From Candidatus Aldehydirespirator sp. (GTDB lineage: Bacteria > Actinomycetota > Acidimicrobiia > Acidimicrobiales > Aldehydirespiratoraceae), in the NCBI GenBank assembly GCA_965248735.1, contig OZ252146.1, forward strand, positions 2,276,154-2,340,153: a stretch of DNA of 64,000 bases, given 5' to 3'. The notes beneath the pieces were generated by a model. It was not told where the DNA came from and made no database searches. It saw nothing but the letters and a program-made list of their open reading frames with translations. The translations under genes were made by a program, and so were the position numbers. Shown in pieces: positions 56,639-64,000 of this stretch (the stretch's first letter is position 1; each line of letters opens with the position of its first letter).

Positions 56639-57349
56639 TCAGGCCAGTTCGGCCAAGCGTTCCACGATGCTTTGCGGGTCGAAGCGGGCGGCGCTCTCGT
56701 CGACCAGGTTGCCGTCGGAGTCCAGCAGCAGGACCGCGGAATTGCGGGAAACACCGAAGTGGCTCCAGGACTCGAACGAGTCGCTCCACAGCATGGTGAA
56801 CGTGACTCCCGTCTGGCCCAGGAATCTCTCGGCGTGGGCGAGGTCGTCCTGGGCGCCGATTCCCACGACCCTCACTGTTTCGGCGTTCTCTTGAGCGAAC
56901 TGCTCAAGCTGAGGGCCCTCGGCCCTGCAGATCGGTCAATGCGGCGCCCAGAACCAGAACAGCAGGGGCGTCTGGCCGTCCACCACCGACTGGAGGCTGA
57001 TCGCCTCGTCTGTGTGCATGTTGATCATCTGCAGGTCGGGCACGTCGCCTGGACCCGCCAGCGCGGGGGAAGCTGCGTCGCCGTCGTCCGCGACCGCGCT
57101 GTCAACAGTGCTGTCACCGGCGGCGGCGCCGCCGCTCGGGTCTTCGGCTGCGTCGCTGGCCGCAACGTCGCTCTGGGCGACGTCGGCCTCGGTGGTGGCG
57201 GGGCCGGTCGCGTCCGACTGCGGGGACTCGGAGCCCCGAGTCTCGGCGCCGGCCGGCTCTGTGACGGTGGTGGTGTCGTCGGACCCGCAGGCCGCGACGG
57301 CCAAGACCAAGGCAAAGGCCGCGACCAGGACGGGGAGTCGGATTCTCAT
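56639..57349 (-). CDS. Thioredoxin-fold (TlpA/redoxin-like) lipoprotein; candidate selenoprotein (UxxC, TGA at 56936-56938)
   Basis: Track ORFs 56936-57814 (real part from ATG 57349, 'MRIRLPVLVAAFALVLAVAAC' lipobox) and 56639-56875 share a frame. Read-through gives 'LLFWFWAPH-U-PICRAEGPQLEQFAQENAETVRVVGIGAQDD'. Paralog of the adjacent gene with TGA at the identical position. Confidence 0.6.
56909..56930 (-). promoter_or_regulatory. Candidate bacterial SECIS hairpin (gene B)
   Basis: mRNA sense reads CUG-C-AGGGCC-GAG-GGCCCU-CAG, starting 6 nt after UGA. The loop begins 16 nt after UGA. Confidence 0.35.
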
Positions 57350-57948
57350 TCGTCCTTCCTCTTGCCGCGTGCCTTCTGTTCTTTCTTCCAGGCCCGAACC
57401 CGCTGCAGCGCCTGGGGGCCGTCGATGTCGGCCACCGACCGGGGCTGGTCGTCGGAGAACGCTCCGGCCTGTTCCTCCCAGCCCTCGGGGCGGACGCCGA
57501 AGCGCTTGGCCAGCACAGCGGTCAGGATCCGGGCCTTCTCGTCTCCGTAGCCCGGAAGGTCTCGCAATCGCCCGAAGAGCTCCTCGCCGGTCTCCGCATC
57601 GGCCCAGACCCCGCCGGCGTCGCCGTCGTAGCGGTCCGCGACGTGCCGGCAGAGGGCCTGCATCCTGGAGGCCATCGATCCCGGGAACCGGTGCAGCGCC
57701 GGCTTGGCTTTCACCAGCGCCGCGAAGGCCTCGGGGTCTCGCGCCGAGATGTCGTGGGCGTCCAGGTCCGATCCGAGCCTGTCGGCTAGGCGGCGGGGTC
57801 CCATGAACGCCCACTCCATGGGAATCTGCTGGTCGAGCATCATCCCCACCAGCAGCGCCAGCGGGTCCGCGTTGATCAGGCCGTCGGCGGCCTCGTCCCC
57901 TGTGACCGCCAGGGTTCCCGTCGCAGTCCGCGTCATTGGGCCGAGCAT
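57346..57948 (-). CDS. HhH-GPD-type base-excision DNA repair family protein
   Basis: 200 aa. 'DPLALLVGMMLDQQIPMEWAF', 'LPGYGDEKARILTAVLAKRFG' hairpin-helix-hairpin region and a basic C-terminal tail. ATGA overlap with the downstream lipoprotein gene. Confidence 0.6.
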   Translation of the reverse strand: MLGPMTRTATGTLAVTGDEAADGLINADPLALLVGMMLDQQIPMEWAFMGPRRLADRLGSDLDAHDISARDPEAFAALVKAKPALHRFPGSMASRMQALCRHVADRYDGDAGGVWADAETGEELFGRLRDLPGYGDEKARILTAVLAKRFGVRPEGWEEQAGAFSDDQPRSVADIDGPQALQRVRAWKKEQKARGKRKDE

Positions 57949-60674
57949 AACCTCGCGCCGGTGTCGGGATGGCCCGGGTCGTCGCGGTCGGCCTCGATGC
58001 CGTAGCGCTCCATGGCCGCGGCGACCTCGCCAGCCTCAGCCTCGCCCGACGCCAGCAGCGCCGACAGAACGGTCACCACTATGTGGGCGGCATCCACTTC
58101 GAAGAATCGGCGCAGCGCCTCTCGTGTGTCCGATCGGCCGAATCCGTCGGTGCCGAGCACATGCAGGGACCTGGGCGTGAAGCGGGCGATCTGGTCGGGG
58201 ACCAGGGTCATGAAGTCGGTCACGGCCACGATCGGGCCGTCGGAGTCCGCGAGCTTGCGGGTGACCAGCGGGACCACGGGCTCGGACTGGGGGTGCAGGC
58301 GGTTGCGGCGCTCGGTGTCGAGGGCCTCCCGGCGCAGGCGCTGGTAGGAGGTTGCGCTCCACAGCTCGGCCGAGACGTCGTGGTGCTCGGCCAGCAGGGT
58401 TTGGGCTTCGAGCGCCGCGCCGACCGACGCGCCCGAGAACAGGACGGTGGCGCTGCGGCCGCGGCTGCCCGGGCCGTCGTCGAACTTGTAGAGCCCGCTG
58501 GTGATGTCGTCGTCGCCCACATGGTCGGGCCGGGGCGGCTGCTCGTAGTTCTCGTTGTAGACCGTGATGTAGTAGAAGACGTCGGTGCCGTCGGCGGCCT
58601 CCGGCGGGCACATCCGGCGCAGGCCGTCATCGACGATCGCGGCGAGCTCGTAGGCGAACGCCGGGTCGTACGCGTCGCACGCGGGCACCGTCGACGCGAG
58701 CACGTGGCTGTGGCCGTCCTGGTGCTGGAGGCCCTCGCCCGGCAGCGTGGTGCGTCCCGCGGTGGCGCCGATGAGGAAGCCCCTGGCCCGGGCGTCGGCG
58801 GCCGCCCAGATCGAGTCGCCCACCCGCTGGAAGCCGAACATCGAGTAGAAGGCGTAGAAGGGCACCATGGGCACGCCGAGGTTGGCGTAGGACGTGGCCG
58901 CGGCCAGCCAGCTCGCCAGCGAGCCGCACTCGGTGATGCCCTCCTCGAGGATCTGGCCGTCGGAGGACTCGCTGTAGCTCAGCAGCAGATCGTGGTCCAC
59001 CGGCTCGTAGAGCTGGCCGTGGGGCGCGTAGATGCGGAACTCCCGGAACAGCGAGTCCATGCCGAAGGTGCGGGCCTCGTCGGGGACGATGGGCACGACG
59101 CGGGGGCCGAAGTTCAAGTCGCGCAGCAGGTCGCGCAGCAGCGCGGTGAAGGCCATCGTGGTGGACACCTTGCGACCGCCCGAGCCCTTGCGCATGTCCA
59201 GGAAGGGCCCGTCGGACGGCGGCGCGATGGGCCGCCGGTCCCGGACTACCCGGCGGGGCACGGCGCCGTCGAGAGCGCGGCGGCGGTCCATCATGTAGCG
59301 GAGCTCCACCGAGTCGGGCGACGGCCGGAAGTACGGGGGGATGCCGTCGGCGAGGTCCTCGTCGTCGATGTCGTTCTCCATGTGCAGCCGCGACCGCAGC
59401 TCCATCAGCTGAGCGGTGGTCATCTTCTTGATCTGGTGGGTGGCGTTGCGGCCCTCGAATCCCTCGCCCAGGGTCCATCCCTTGATCGTCTTGGCCAGGA
59501 TCACCGTGGGCTGGTCCTTGACCTCGGTGGCGGCCTTGAACGCGGCGTAGACCTTCTGGTAGTCGTGGCCCCCTCTGGGCAGGGTCCGCAGCTCCTCGTC
59601 GGAGAGGTGCTCGACGAGCTTGCGCAGCCGGGGGTCGGGGCCGAAGAAGTGCTCCCGGATGTAGGCGCCCAACTCAACGGCGTAGCGCTGGTACTCGCCG
59701 TCGACGGTGGTCGTCATCTTGTTGAGCAGCGCCCCGTCGGTGTCGCGCATCAGCAGCTCGTCCCACTTGGAGCCCCAGATGACCTTGATCACGTTCCAGC
59801 CCGCGCCCCGGAACACCCCCTCGAGCTCCTGGATGATCTTGCCGTTGCCCCGCACCGGGCCGTCGAGGCGCTGCAGGTTGCAGTTGACCACCCAGTTGAG
59901 GTTGTCCAGGCCGTTGCGGCCGGCGAGGGAGATGGCGCCCAGGGTCTCGGGCTCGTCGCACTCCCCGTCGCCGAGGAAGCACCACACCGTGCTGGCCGAC
60001 GTGTCGTCGATGCGGCGGTGGTGGATGTAGCGGTTGAAGCGGGCGTGGTAGATGGAGTTGATCGGGCCGAGTCCCATCGACACCGTCGGGTATTCCCAGA
60101 AGTCGGGCATCAGCCGGGGGTGGGGGTAGCCCGGCAGCCCGTTGCCGCCCACCTCCATCCGGAAGTTGTCGAGCTCCTGCTCGGAGAGGCGCCCCTCCAG
60201 GTAGGCGCGTGCGTAAACGCCGGGGGCGGCGTGGCCCTGGAAGTAGATGTGGTCGCCGACCAGGCCGTCGTCCTTGCCCTTGAAGAAGTGGTTGAAGCCC
60301 ACCTCGTACAGCGACGCCGAGGAGGCGAACGTGGACAGATGGCCGCCGATGCCGTCGGCGGTCTTGTTGGCTCTGATCACCATGGCCGCCGCGTTCCACC
60401 GGATGAATCGACGGATGCGGCGCTCGACCTGTTCGTTGCCCGGGAAGAAGGGTTGCTCCGACGCCGGGATGGTGTTGATGTAGGGCGTGTAGGTGGTGGG
60501 TGGGACGCCCACCTGCTGCTCGTTCGAGCGTTCGAGCAGCTTGGCCACGATGTAGCGGGCCCGCTCCCGTCCGCCCGCGGCCACCACGGCGTCGAGCGAG
60601 TCGATCCATTCCTGGGTCTCGGCCGGGTCGATGTCGGGGAGCTGGCGCAGAAAGTTGTCGGCCATGGCCCTCAT
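57933..60674 (-). CDS. aceE: Pyruvate dehydrogenase E1 component (homodimeric AceE type)
   Basis: Trimmed to 'MRAMADNFLRQLPDIDPAETQEWIDSL' (or Met at 60665). 'GGHLSTFASSA', 'GDGECDEPE', 'VVNCNLQRLDGPVRGN' and 'GTDGFGRSDTR' are AceE hallmarks. About 913 aa. Confidence 0.9.
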   Translation of the reverse strand: MRAMADNFLRQLPDIDPAETQEWIDSLDAVVAAGGRERARYIVAKLLERSNEQQVGVPPTTYTPYINTIPASEQPFFPGNEQVERRIRRFIRWNAAAMVIRANKTADGIGGHLSTFASSASLYEVGFNHFFKGKDDGLVGDHIYFQGHAAPGVYARAYLEGRLSEQELDNFRMEVGGNGLPGYPHPRLMPDFWEYPTVSMGLGPINSIYHARFNRYIHHRRIDDTSASTVWCFLGDGECDEPETLGAISLAGRNGLDNLNWVVNCNLQRLDGPVRGNGKIIQELEGVFRGAGWNVIKVIWGSKWDELLMRDTDGALLNKMTTTVDGEYQRYAVELGAYIREHFFGPDPRLRKLVEHLSDEELRTLPRGGHDYQKVYAAFKAATEVKDQPTVILAKTIKGWTLGEGFEGRNATHQIKKMTTAQLMELRSRLHMENDIDDEDLADGIPPYFRPSPDSVELRYMMDRRRALDGAVPRRVVRDRRPIAPPSDGPFLDMRKGSGGRKVSTTMAFTALLRDLLRDLNFGPRVVPIVPDEARTFGMDSLFREFRIYAPHGQLYEPVDHDLLLSYSESSDGQILEEGITECGSLASWLAAATSYANLGVPMVPFYAFYSMFGFQRVGDSIWAAADARARGFLIGATAGRTTLPGEGLQHQDGHSHVLASTVPACDAYDPAFAYELAAIVDDGLRRMCPPEAADGTDVFYYITVYNENYEQPPRPDHVGDDDITSGLYKFDDGPGSRGRSATVLFSGASVGAALEAQTLLAEHHDVSAELWSATSYQRLRREALDTERRNRLHPQSEPVVPLVTRKLADSDGPIVAVTDFMTLVPDQIARFTPRSLHVLGTDGFGRSDTREALRRFFEVDAAHIVVTVLSALLASGEAEAGEVAAAMERYGIEADRDDPGHPDTGARLCSAQ

Positions 60675-60705
60675 GATGGTACCGACGCAAACGAGGCGCG
60701 AGAAG

Positions 60706-60775
60706 CGATGCGCGCTTGTGGGCGGCCGGGTGCGCGAGGAACGATGCGCGCTTGTGGGCGGCCGGTGCGCGAGGA
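60706..60775. repeat. Tandem duplication (35 + 34 bp) in the aceE-rnhA divergent intergenic region
   Basis: CGATGCGCGCTTGTGGGCGGCCGG(G)TGCGCGAGGA occurs twice in tandem, ending 7 nt before the rnhA ATG. Confidence 0.8.
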
Positions 60776-60782
60776 TCGGAAG

Positions 60783-61232
60783 ATGCCTGCCGAAAGCACC
60801 GCCGTCTACACCGACGGTGCCTGCCTGGGAAACCCCGGACCGGGCGGCTGGGCTTGGACGGTGCCCGGCGGCGAGTGGGCCTGCGGCGCGGAGCCGCACA
60901 CCACCAACCAGCGGATGGAGCTGCGGGCCGTGCTGGAGGCGCTCCGGGCGGTGAGCGGGCCGGTGGAGGTGGTCTCGGACTCGACCTACGTCGTCAACTG
61001 CTTCCGCGACCGGTGGTACGAGGGGTGGCTGAGGCGGGGCTGGCGCAACTCCAACCGCAAGCCGGTGGCCAACCGCGACCTGTGGGAGCCGCTCATCGAG
61101 GAGTACCTGGCGAGGCCGGGCGAGATCTCGTTCCGGTGGGTCAAGGGCCACTCCGGCGACGAGTGGAACGAGATAGCCGACCAGCTAGCCGCCGGCGCGG
61201 CCTCAGACCAGCGCTCCCGTCGCGGCCCCTAG
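60783..61232 (+). CDS. rnhA: Ribonuclease HI
   Basis: 'VYTDGACLGNPGPGGWAW', 'TTNQRMELRAVLEAL', 'VVSDSTYVVN' and 'WVKGHSGDEWNEIADQLA' carry the DEDD catalytic residues of RNase H1. Only the last 450 nt of the 1087-aa track ORF are real. Confidence 0.9.
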   Translation: MPAESTAVYTDGACLGNPGPGGWAWTVPGGEWACGAEPHTTNQRMELRAVLEALRAVSGPVEVVSDSTYVVNCFRDRWYEGWLRRGWRNSNRKPVANRDLWEPLIEEYLARPGEISFRWVKGHSGDEWNEIADQLAAGAASDQRSRRGP

Positions 61233-61243
61233 TCCCGCGGCGG

Positions 61244-62647
61244 CTAGTCGGGGGTGAACAGCGGCTCCGGTCCGGCACCCCGTAGCGCGGCCCGGGCGGC
61301 TGCCGGACCGGTCCCCGCGTGTACCTCGTCGGCAGGGTCGTCTCGATCGGTCTCTACCAGTGCGGCGTTCGAGTCTTGGGCCTTTGACGGCCTCTCGCTC
61401 AGTCTCGCTGTTCGGCGGGGTGCGTACTCAGCGCCGGGACCGAACTCCAGCGCCGGGTCGGGGCCCTGTGCGGGGCCGTAGTTCACGCTGTCGGGGGGAT
61501 GGAGGGTGCGTTTGCCGGGTGGGCCGTGGATCTGCCAGCCGAAGTAGTGGATCTTGTTGTGGCAGCCCCAGCAGGCGGGCACCAGGTTGTCGACGTTGGT
61601 GGGCCCGCCTTCGGATACCGGTTTGACGTGGTGGGCCTGGCACATGTCGAAGTCGGCTCCGCAGGCGAAGCAGCCGCCGTAGAGGGCTTTGAGGGCTTTG
61701 AGCTGCGTGGAGGTGGCGGTGCGCTTGCTGTGGCCCTGCCACAACAGCGCGCCGCGCGTGTCATAGACGGCTGGTGTGATCTCGGCGTTGCAGGCGAGCT
61801 CTTCTAGCACCGAGGGGGGCAGCCGGTCGCCGCCGGGGAGCTCGGCGATGAGCTTGGCGGTGGTGTCATCGACATGCGCGACCACGCAGATGTCGGCGAT
61901 GGGCTTGCCGCCACTGCCCGCGTTGTTGTTGGCGGTGAGGTTGTCGAGGGCGTCGGCCATGCACTGTGGGAACGAGCGCCTCGCCTCTGAGTCCTCGGAA
62001 CTCTTCTTGTCCTGGTCATACATCTGGGCGGCCTCGGCCCGCAGCCGGTTGCCGATGCGGCGTCCGGTCACCGAGTCGAACTCGCCGCGCAGGTGAACCA
62101 TCCCGTCGTCTGCGTCCCAGACGCGCACGCACCGGCGAGCCCGCTGACGCCGGTGCTCAGACTCTCCGCCGTCCCCCTGGCGCTCGACGGCCCAGCGGCG
62201 GGCCTCCCTGGCGAACTGCTCAGGGCGCATCGACTCGGCCTTGGCCAGCAGATCCCCATCGGCGTCGACGTCAGCGGCAGTCGTCTTGTCCACTGCTTCC
62301 GCGAGCTGTTTGGCGTTGACCGCCGACACCCGGCCCGACTCGACCGCGTCGCGCAACTTGGGCATCTCCCCGATCGCTTGCCCCGTCTTCACCTGGCTGT
62401 GAGCCTCCCGCCGCGACAGTCCGGCAACCTCCGCTAGCACCTCGGCGCCGCCGTCGCCGTGGCGCTCGCGGCCCGCGACGTCCGCGGCGGCCGACACCTG
62501 GGCCACGGACATGATCGCCATAGTGGCCTTGGACACCTCCAGCATCTGGCGCAGTTCCGCGCACGGCGCCGAGCCCTCATTGACGAGCGCAAGCATCTCC
62601 TTGGCGGCGGTCTCGGCCCGTCGAGCGGCTTCGATCAACATGAGCAT
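61244..62647 (-). CDS. DUF222 / HNH endonuclease domain protein (REP13E12-type)
   Basis: Trimmed to 'MLMLIEAARR'. N-terminal DUF222-like helical region, C-terminal 'CFACGADFDMCQAHHVKPVSEGGPTNVDNLVPACWGCHNKIH' HNH motif. Confidence 0.8.
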   Translation of the reverse strand: MLMLIEAARRAETAAKEMLALVNEGSAPCAELRQMLEVSKATMAIMSVAQVSAAADVAGRERHGDGGAEVLAEVAGLSRREAHSQVKTGQAIGEMPKLRDAVESGRVSAVNAKQLAEAVDKTTAADVDADGDLLAKAESMRPEQFAREARRWAVERQGDGGESEHRRQRARRCVRVWDADDGMVHLRGEFDSVTGRRIGNRLRAEAAQMYDQDKKSSEDSEARRSFPQCMADALDNLTANNNAGSGGKPIADICVVAHVDDTTAKLIAELPGGDRLPPSVLEELACNAEITPAVYDTRGALLWQGHSKRTATSTQLKALKALYGGCFACGADFDMCQAHHVKPVSEGGPTNVDNLVPACWGCHNKIHYFGWQIHGPPGKRTLHPPDSVNYGPAQGPDPALEFGPGAEYAPRRTARLSERPSKAQDSNAALVETDRDDPADEVHAGTGPAAARAALRGAGPEPLFTPD

Positions 62648-62877
62648 AGTATCCCATAGGGGTGTGACATTTGTCAAGCATTTATATGATATATAGAGAT
62701 TTTCTATAGTTACTTGGATCGATTTGTGACGTGCACTTGGCGAGTACGACGGACGGCACGACGAATGGCCAGAATTCGCTATCTGCGAATGCGCCGTCCG
62801 CCGCCGGAGCTCACGATGTGGTGGGTTCGCCCGTGGGCTGCCGCTAGCTAGCGGCTCCAAGCCGAGTCGCTAGCCGG

Positions 62878-63000
62878 TCAGACCCTGACGATGGTTACCG
62901 GAGCGCCGAGCGCCGACGCGAGCGTCCTGATGTCGTCTGGATCCGAGTCGTCGCGCTCCAGGGCCACCAACGCCCCGGTGTCGAGGACGAGTGCCGTCAC
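62878..63000 (-). pseudogene. PIN-domain (VapC-like) toxin remnant, only about 40 codons
   Basis: GTG overlapping the antitoxin stop (GTGA). 'VTALVLDTGALVALERDD' is a typical PIN N-terminal strand with the first acidic residue. The ORF stops after 40 aa. Confidence 0.45.
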
Positions 63001-63220
63001 TTGCCGAGTTTCTTGCGCGCCGCCGCAAGCTCCTCTTCGGTGAAGGGTCCATGAATGGCCTCCCACTCGGCGACAACTTGGCGCAGCCCGCGGGCCTTGA
63101 GCCGACGGCGCGCGGCGTCCGCGAGCCATGCGGAAATCCGCTGTCCGTCCTCCTCGGTGGCTCTTGGACTTCGACCGATAGATCCTGGGGAAGAGAGATT
63201 GTCAGATGTCTCTTACGCAT
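62997..63220 (-). pseudogene. Ribbon-helix-helix antitoxin (VapB/CopG-like) with a frameshift
   Basis: The frame from ATG 63220 gives 'MRKRHLTISLPQDL'. The C-terminal part 'ATEEDGQRISAWLADAARRRLKARGLRQVVAEWEAIHGPFTEEELAAARKKLGK' is in another frame. The span is 224 nt, not a multiple of 3. Confidence 0.5.
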
Positions 63221-63297
63221 ATTACCTAGCATATCAATATACATCCAACTGACAACCTCATGAATGCGTCCTGTGCCAGTGACGCCCGTTCGAAGCG

Positions 63298-64000
63298 CTA
63301 GGCCAGCGCGGCGGCGAGGCCGGTGGCGATGTCGGGGTGGGCGAACTGGAAGCCGCCGCCTTGCAGGACTGCGGGGGCTACCCGGGCGCTGCTGTAGAGC
63401 AGGGCCTGGGTGAGCTCGCGGCCCAGCTTGGCCCACAGCGCGGGCTTCGGGGTGGGCAGCACCGCGGGCCGGCGCAGTGTTCGACCCAGCGCCGCGGTCA
63501 GCTCCCGGTTGGTGACCGGCTCGGGGGCGGTGAGGTTCACGGGGCCCTCCACGCCGGCGGTGATCAGCCACATCAGGGCCTCGACCTCGTCGTGCAGGGT
63601 GATCCAGCTCATCCACTGGCGGCCGTTGCCGATGCGCCCGCCGATGCCCAGCCGGAAGAAGGGCAGCATCTCGGCCAGCGCTCCACCCGATCCGCTCAGC
63701 ACTACCCCGGTGCGGGGATGCACGACCCGGATGCCCGCGGATCGGGCCGCGTCCGCTGCCGCCTCCCAGTCGCGGCACACGTCGGCCAGAAAGTCGCTGC
63801 CCCGGCTCGAGGATTCGTCGAGCAGCTCATCGCCCCGGCTGCCGTAGTAGCCGATGGCCGACGCGGACACGAGCACCCCCGGCGGCTCCGAGAGCCCGGC
63901 CAGCGCCTGGGCCAGCACCGCCGTTCCCCGGACCCTGCTCTCGGCGATGCGGACCTTCTGGTCCGGCGACCAGCGCCGGGCCGCGATCGGCTCGCCGGCC
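63298..64000 (-). CDS. TIGR01777/YfcH-like NAD-dependent epimerase family protein (DUF1731 C-terminus); N-terminus outside the window
   Basis: 'GIRVVHPRTGVVLS..GGAL..MLPFFRLGIGGRIGNGRQWMSWITLHDEV', 'GPVNLTAPEPVTNRE' and 'ARVAPAVLQGGGFQFAHPD' are characteristic of this family. The frame stays open to the window end. Confidence 0.8.
   Translation of the reverse strand, partial: AGEPIAARRWSPDQKVRIAESRVRGTAVLAQALAGLSEPPGVLVSASAIGYYGSRGDELLDESSSRGSDFLADVCRDWEAAADAARSAGIRVVHPRTGVVLSGSGGALAEMLPFFRLGIGGRIGNGRQWMSWITLHDEVEALMWLITAGVEGPVNLTAPEPVTNRELTAALGRTLRRPAVLPTPKPALWAKLGRELTQALLYSSARVAPAVLQGGGFQFAHPDIATGLAAALA

Noticed and set aside
55742-56799. Plus-strand ORFs (94-335 aa) rich in G/C/R/L over the repeat region, and the idea that the periodic DNA is a CRISPR or non-coding satellite
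   Set aside because: The repeats are degenerate and contiguous with no unique spacers. On the minus strand they are in frame with a lipoprotein signal and a thioredoxin domain. They are therefore coding low complexity, and the plus-strand ORFs are artefacts.
55646-56938. Reading the two in-frame TGA codons as genuine stops (four separate small genes or two pseudogenes)
   Set aside because: Disfavoured but not excluded. The downstream pieces lack convincing starts and would be thioredoxin folds without the active-site N-terminal strand. Both paralogs have TGA exactly at the CxxC first-Cys position, and each TGA has a downstream hairpin. Confirmation needs the sel genes elsewhere in the genome.
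57969-60782. First about 940 codons of the 1087-aa plus-strand ORF
   Set aside because: Antisense to aceE, which has unmistakable E1 motifs. Only the last 450 nt (60783-61232) encode a recognisable protein, RNase HI.
62870-63778. 302-aa minus-strand ORF spanning the TA remnant and the epimerase gene
   Set aside because: Out of frame with the recognisable TIGR01777-like protein (63298-) and with the RHH and PIN pieces. The product is Arg/Gly/Pro-rich.

Overview
High-G+C (about 68-70% by eye), actinobacterial-type chromosome segment. Conserved housekeeping genes sit at both ends and a roughly 37 kb accessory region lies between them.

Left core (1-12 kb): a UvrD-family helicase, sufC-sufS-sufU, an acyl-CoA dehydrogenase and an alpha/beta hydrolase. 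An IS1595-family element carrying passenger genes is precisely inserted into a DUF2510-membrane protein gene.

Accessory region (12-49 kb):
- IS debris: IS30 x3, IS110 x3, and an intact IS3 with a G_GGA_AAA slippery site.
- A lower-G+C islet with a TGS-less ThrRS, a degenerate ThrRS-like paralog, an ANT-like nucleotidyltransferase and a NitT/TauT-type ABC importer.
- A 441-bp direct duplication bracketing foreign DNA.
- LRR gene remnants.
- A papain-fold toxin with a putative immunity gene.
- The main item: a 17.2 kb array of 12 co-directional, tightly packed genes on the minus strand (31507-48734). Its lower-G+C upstream half encodes a GrpE-like factor, an Hsp70, a 970-aa FN3 protein, two zinc-ribbon GTPases and a GAP1-like protein. 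This resembles the GTPase-centred conflict systems of Kaur et al. 2020, recalled from memory. Its high-G+C downstream half encodes small TM and zinc-ribbon proteins, a 932-aa HerA/FtsK-like ATPase, a second lid-less Hsp70 and a vWA protein. I cannot assign that combination to a described system.

Right core (49-64 kb): a SenX3/PhoR-like kinase with no response regulator in the window, phoU, pstBACS with PHO-box-like repeats, an HhH-GPD protein, aceE, rnhA, a DUF222-HNH protein, a decayed RHH/PIN module and a TIGR01777-like epimerase.

Between pstS and the HhH-GPD gene lie two tandem thioredoxin-fold lipoprotein genes. Each has an in-frame TGA exactly at the first Cys of the CxxC motif, followed by a hairpin. 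These are strong selenocysteine (UxxC) candidates that ORF callers split.

No rRNA, tRNA or CRISPR array was recognised.
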